A stretch of DNA of 64,000 nt. It comes from Schmidtea nova. Its lineage: Eukaryota. The notes beneath the pieces are model-generated. The model was not told the DNA's origin. It saw only the letters and a program-made list of their open reading frames with translations, and ran no database searches. The translations under genes were made by a program, and so were the position numbers. The stretch is from assembly GCA_044892505.1 (NCBI GenBank), contig CM097883.1, positions 396,242,001 through 396,306,000 of the forward strand, in the 5' to 3' direction. Position 1 is the first letter of the stretch. Every line of letters begins with the position of its first letter. Positions 59,871 to 64,000 of the stretch are shown piece after piece.

Positions 59871-61871
59871 TATATTCATGAAAATTTATTCAATTTTATG
59901 AATTGCTTTATAAATTCTCTAAGAAAGACTAAAATGATTCTTTTGTTTTTGATCATAAATTTGTAATACATTTTGTGAAAAATTTAGTTTATTACATAGT
60001 GTTTTAATGCACCATTTTGTTGTTAAATAATTTGGAGTTTTTAAATATATGCTTAAATTTATATTTGATAAAAATTAATTATGAGTTTAAAAAAATTGCT
60101 TTATTATCAGTATTATAAAACACGTTTAAATAATGTTGAGTAAATAAGAATACAGTATAGGGTTTCTCATTTGATAGTATGACCTTTGCACTAGACAGTG
60201 TTGCTTTGATAATTTATTTATAATTATTTTCCAGATGAACTTTAACCGCCCTACCTTTGGGTTATGATTCAAAAAGTAGGTAAAAAACATCGGGTTTTCT
60301 TTCATTATATTTCGCAATAACAATACTTGTTTACAATATACCAGACAAAAAACAAACGGTATAAAAAAGTCACTAACAGACCTTGAACTACTAGACGAGA
60401 TGTTGCAAGAACAATCTTTACGTATGCGAACGGATGACGAAAGTTTTGTGGGTTTCGGGTAAGATCTTTTGTACCTGAACGTACGGGATACTGCCTGTTG
60501 TGTTCAGGCGATATTATAGCGGCAGTTTCACGTACGTTCATATGGGTAGGGCAGTTAATAAAAGAAAATTAATGTATATATCTTATTTTTTGTCGTTTGG
60601 TCACTTATTCTTTTATTTTGTAATAAAATTCATCAAAAAATAATAATTATAAAATTCGGTGTTACTCTAGCATATGCTACTGACTTATTATTCAAAGCTA
60701 AAAGAAATCTGGTTCATATTTCAAATTCGTTCAATGATCCTGTGATCTTGTTCTTAGTTACAAAGTTTACGATTTCTTTCTTTTTAATTTTACAATCACC
60801 TGTAAACATTTGTCCTACCTATGTTACAGCCAAACGAACAAATAAATTTCTCTTTTTGATCCCTTAATACCATGATGTTTAATGTTTAATGCCACAAACC
60901 TTTGACTTATCTTTGATCAAAATTTGGTGGAATCCTATTTACTATTACTTGAGAAAAAACACTGCCAAAAATTTGTATACCATTAAAAAAAGTTTTGATC
61001 TAAAGTCTTTTTTAAAAGAAGAAAAACGAAAATTAATGAAATAAAAATAAAAAATAAATATAAAATTAAGTGAAGTTAATCATATACTGATAGTAAATAA
61101 AGTTCCATTACTAATGGTAGTCAAATATTGATTTATTGGGAACTCTGGGATTCATAATACACACTAGTACTGCCGATAACTGTTATAATGTATATTTCGT
61201 TTTGTCGTTAGCAGAGCTTATTAAAATATAATAATAAGTTAAAAGTGTTAATCCTTTCTCTGCAATGTTTATTTGGTGAAATATTTCGATTTTAAAAGAT
61301 CACTCCAATATGTTATTCTTTCCAATTGACTTCCTACTTATTGCTGGATATTTTCTTTCTACTGAATTCTGATTTAATATAAATTTTTTTAACAAATTTA
61401 AACCTAATTCTCGAGACAAATGAATTTAAAATAAAATTAGACCATTTGAAAAATTAAAATAATTTTATGTATAATAAAAAAGTTTTCAATAAAATATTAA
61501 AAAAAATCAAGAAAATAAATTTATTTTTAAATGTAAATATTTCTGCAGCTATTTTAGCAGACGAAGTTTTATTCTGGCTCAAATTGTAATTATAAAGTAT
61601 ATCGTTTTGTCTATAGTAGAATTTATTTAAATACAATAATAAGGTAAAAGTGTAAAGCATAAAAAGATTAAAACAAACAAAATAAAATATTCTGAATGCA
61701 ATTAAGACATTTTATAGGTCTAGTTAAATATTACATTTCCTAGATTCTCCTCTTAAGTATAAAGTTGATTTCACGAGAAAATAAACATCGTAGTTTAATT
61801 TATCTTTTATTCTCCATTTTCTAGAAGGCACCAGCTTGAAGCGACACATATTTATCATATATTATTATTAA

Positions 61872-61928
<57 letters not shown>

Positions 61929-63176
61929 AATCCAATTGCATTTCAGAATGAAAATGAAAAGAATTGTCCCATTTCAAACGAGAACTTGTTTGATAAACTA
62001 GACACGAAATGTCTTCATCAATCATTTCTGAAGGGGATTTGAAATTTCACCTATTTTACGCTCAAATGCAAAAATTAATTATTTTGTGATTACTGAAGTT
62101 TTTCATTTTATTAAATTTTGGGAGTTTATATCACTTCGTCGACATAACAATAAGTTTGATTTCTCTCTCGGAAAATTCTGCCGAATTGGTAAGAAAATGC
62201 CAGTACCACAAATTTTAAGATCAAATGAAAAAAAAATGAAATTAAACCTAAAATTTGATTGAAATGATTTGTCAGTTGTTAGAGAGAGAAAGTGAGAGAG
62301 AGAGAGAGAGATTATCATCCTAAATATTTCTGTAAATTCCATTAAGGAATTCATTGAGAAAAAAAGTTAATTTTTTATAAAAAAAATTTAAGATAAAAAA
62401 AACAATAAATATCATTTGGAAAGACATTTATATCATTTTCTTTATCTTCATTTCTTTGCAATAAAACAATAAAGCAAAAATATTTTTATATAGAATTGAA
62501 AGACGTAAAGATAATGGAAATTAAAAAAAATTGATATTTAATTTCAATGCATTTAAACAATCAGAAAACTTTACTTGTGTCATTAGAGAAAACTAAAGAA
62601 AATAATAAGATTTATTTTAATAACAAATTATAACCGGAGTACTTTTGGGTCTAATGAGCTCCTAATCATCCACATTTATAGAAATCCACATGGAAGGTAT
62701 TACAGTCAATTGCAAGATTAAACTTTCATCTTGTCTCTACTTCATATTCTTCATATAATTATTATTTCTTTCAATGACAAGATGCTCAGGCAATGCTTCA
62801 GCACGTTTTTGAAACACAAAAAATTATTTTCAATTATATAGAAGTTAAAATATTTATTAATTGACATTTAAATACAGCGTGTTTTATTCACTAGAGAGTG
62901 GCTATAATATAAAATTTATTTAAAATATAGAAAATGCATACACTTGCCTGTGTGTTAGTGGTGTGTTTTCAATGAATAATGGGCAAAGAAAATACACTGA
63001 ATGCAAAATATTTTAAAAATTAGATACATTTATTTCAACGAATGAAAACGGTAAAAATGCTTTGGCAATTTGCAAGCATGTTTTGTAGATATTTAACATG
63101 TCATACATTTTTGTGTGCAAATTCGTAGGCATTATAATGCTTTTATTCATTCAAATACACGCAGCTGAATGCATGC

Positions 63177-63237
<61 letters not shown>

Positions 63238-64000
63238 TATTTTTATATTATAGCTGCTTTTAATGAGTAAAGCATTTATTTTGAATATAAATTACAATAA
63301 ATTTAAATTTATCATTTACTATTTTTAATTAAATTTGCAAAATACTTAATTTATTCAAATAGTTTGTTTGGCAAATTATTTCTTGCTTTAATATAAATGT
63401 AATTTGTAAAATCATAATTCCTTTTAAATTAGATAAAATAATTATATTTTAATTAAATTTTTTAATAGAAAATATTTCATTATAACTTCATATAAAATAA
63501 ATTATATTTTTCAATTATACGGTGATTTTAGAAGATTTGTAAAATTTATAAAAGTAACTGAATGTATGGAAACTCAGTTTTTATCAAATATAAAATTGAT
63601 ACAATTTTTTTGAAAACTAGTAAATAAATTTATTTAATTTATTTATTAATTAATATTTATTTGTTTAGATTCAAGCTGCATTTGAATATAAGTAAATAAA
63701 TATAATAATTTTCATTTTTCTATCATTCATCACGAAATAAAATTGAAAAAATAAAAATAAAATATAATTAAATTGTATTTTTTTTAATTTTGTAGTTTAC
63801 AATATAACAAATATTTATAATAATTTCATGAACGTAAAAAGAAAATTATTGAAAATTATTTCTATTCAAAAATTCATTCGCAATTTTATAAATAATAAAT
63901 ATAGAAATTTTATTAAATTTCGGAAATCCAAAACTTTTATAAATATTTTACATTTATATTATCAATGAACACGCTCTTATCCAATTACTCTGATTGCTTA

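Overview
AT-rich eukaryotic (probably invertebrate animal) scaffold with many N gaps. Bases 1-15585 hold the right ~15.6 kb of an apparently intact Polinton/Maverick (adintovirus-like endogenous virus); its left end is outside the window. It encodes pPolB, adenain-type protease, major and minor capsid proteins, two core-like proteins, a chromodomain integrase and a packaging ATPase. A divergent accessory arm begins with a compact TATA-binding-protein (TBP) homolog, the most unusual feature here. At least seven GT-AG introns can be placed in frame in the element, four of them adding a 138-aa N-terminal extension to pPolB. Several genes have CCAAT+TATA promoters sharing an (AC)AAAGACATG motif. 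The rest is host DNA: a 4-exon secreted beta-lactamase-family serine hydrolase, an intronless CAMK-group kinase, a DEG/ENaC channel exon and an orphan 464-aa ORF. It also carries two fossil pPolB remnants, decayed mariner and Gypsy fragments, piggyBac-type MITEs, foldback elements and a dispersed near-perfect palindrome with variable tips. All protein calls come from motif recognition by eye; no database searches were run.
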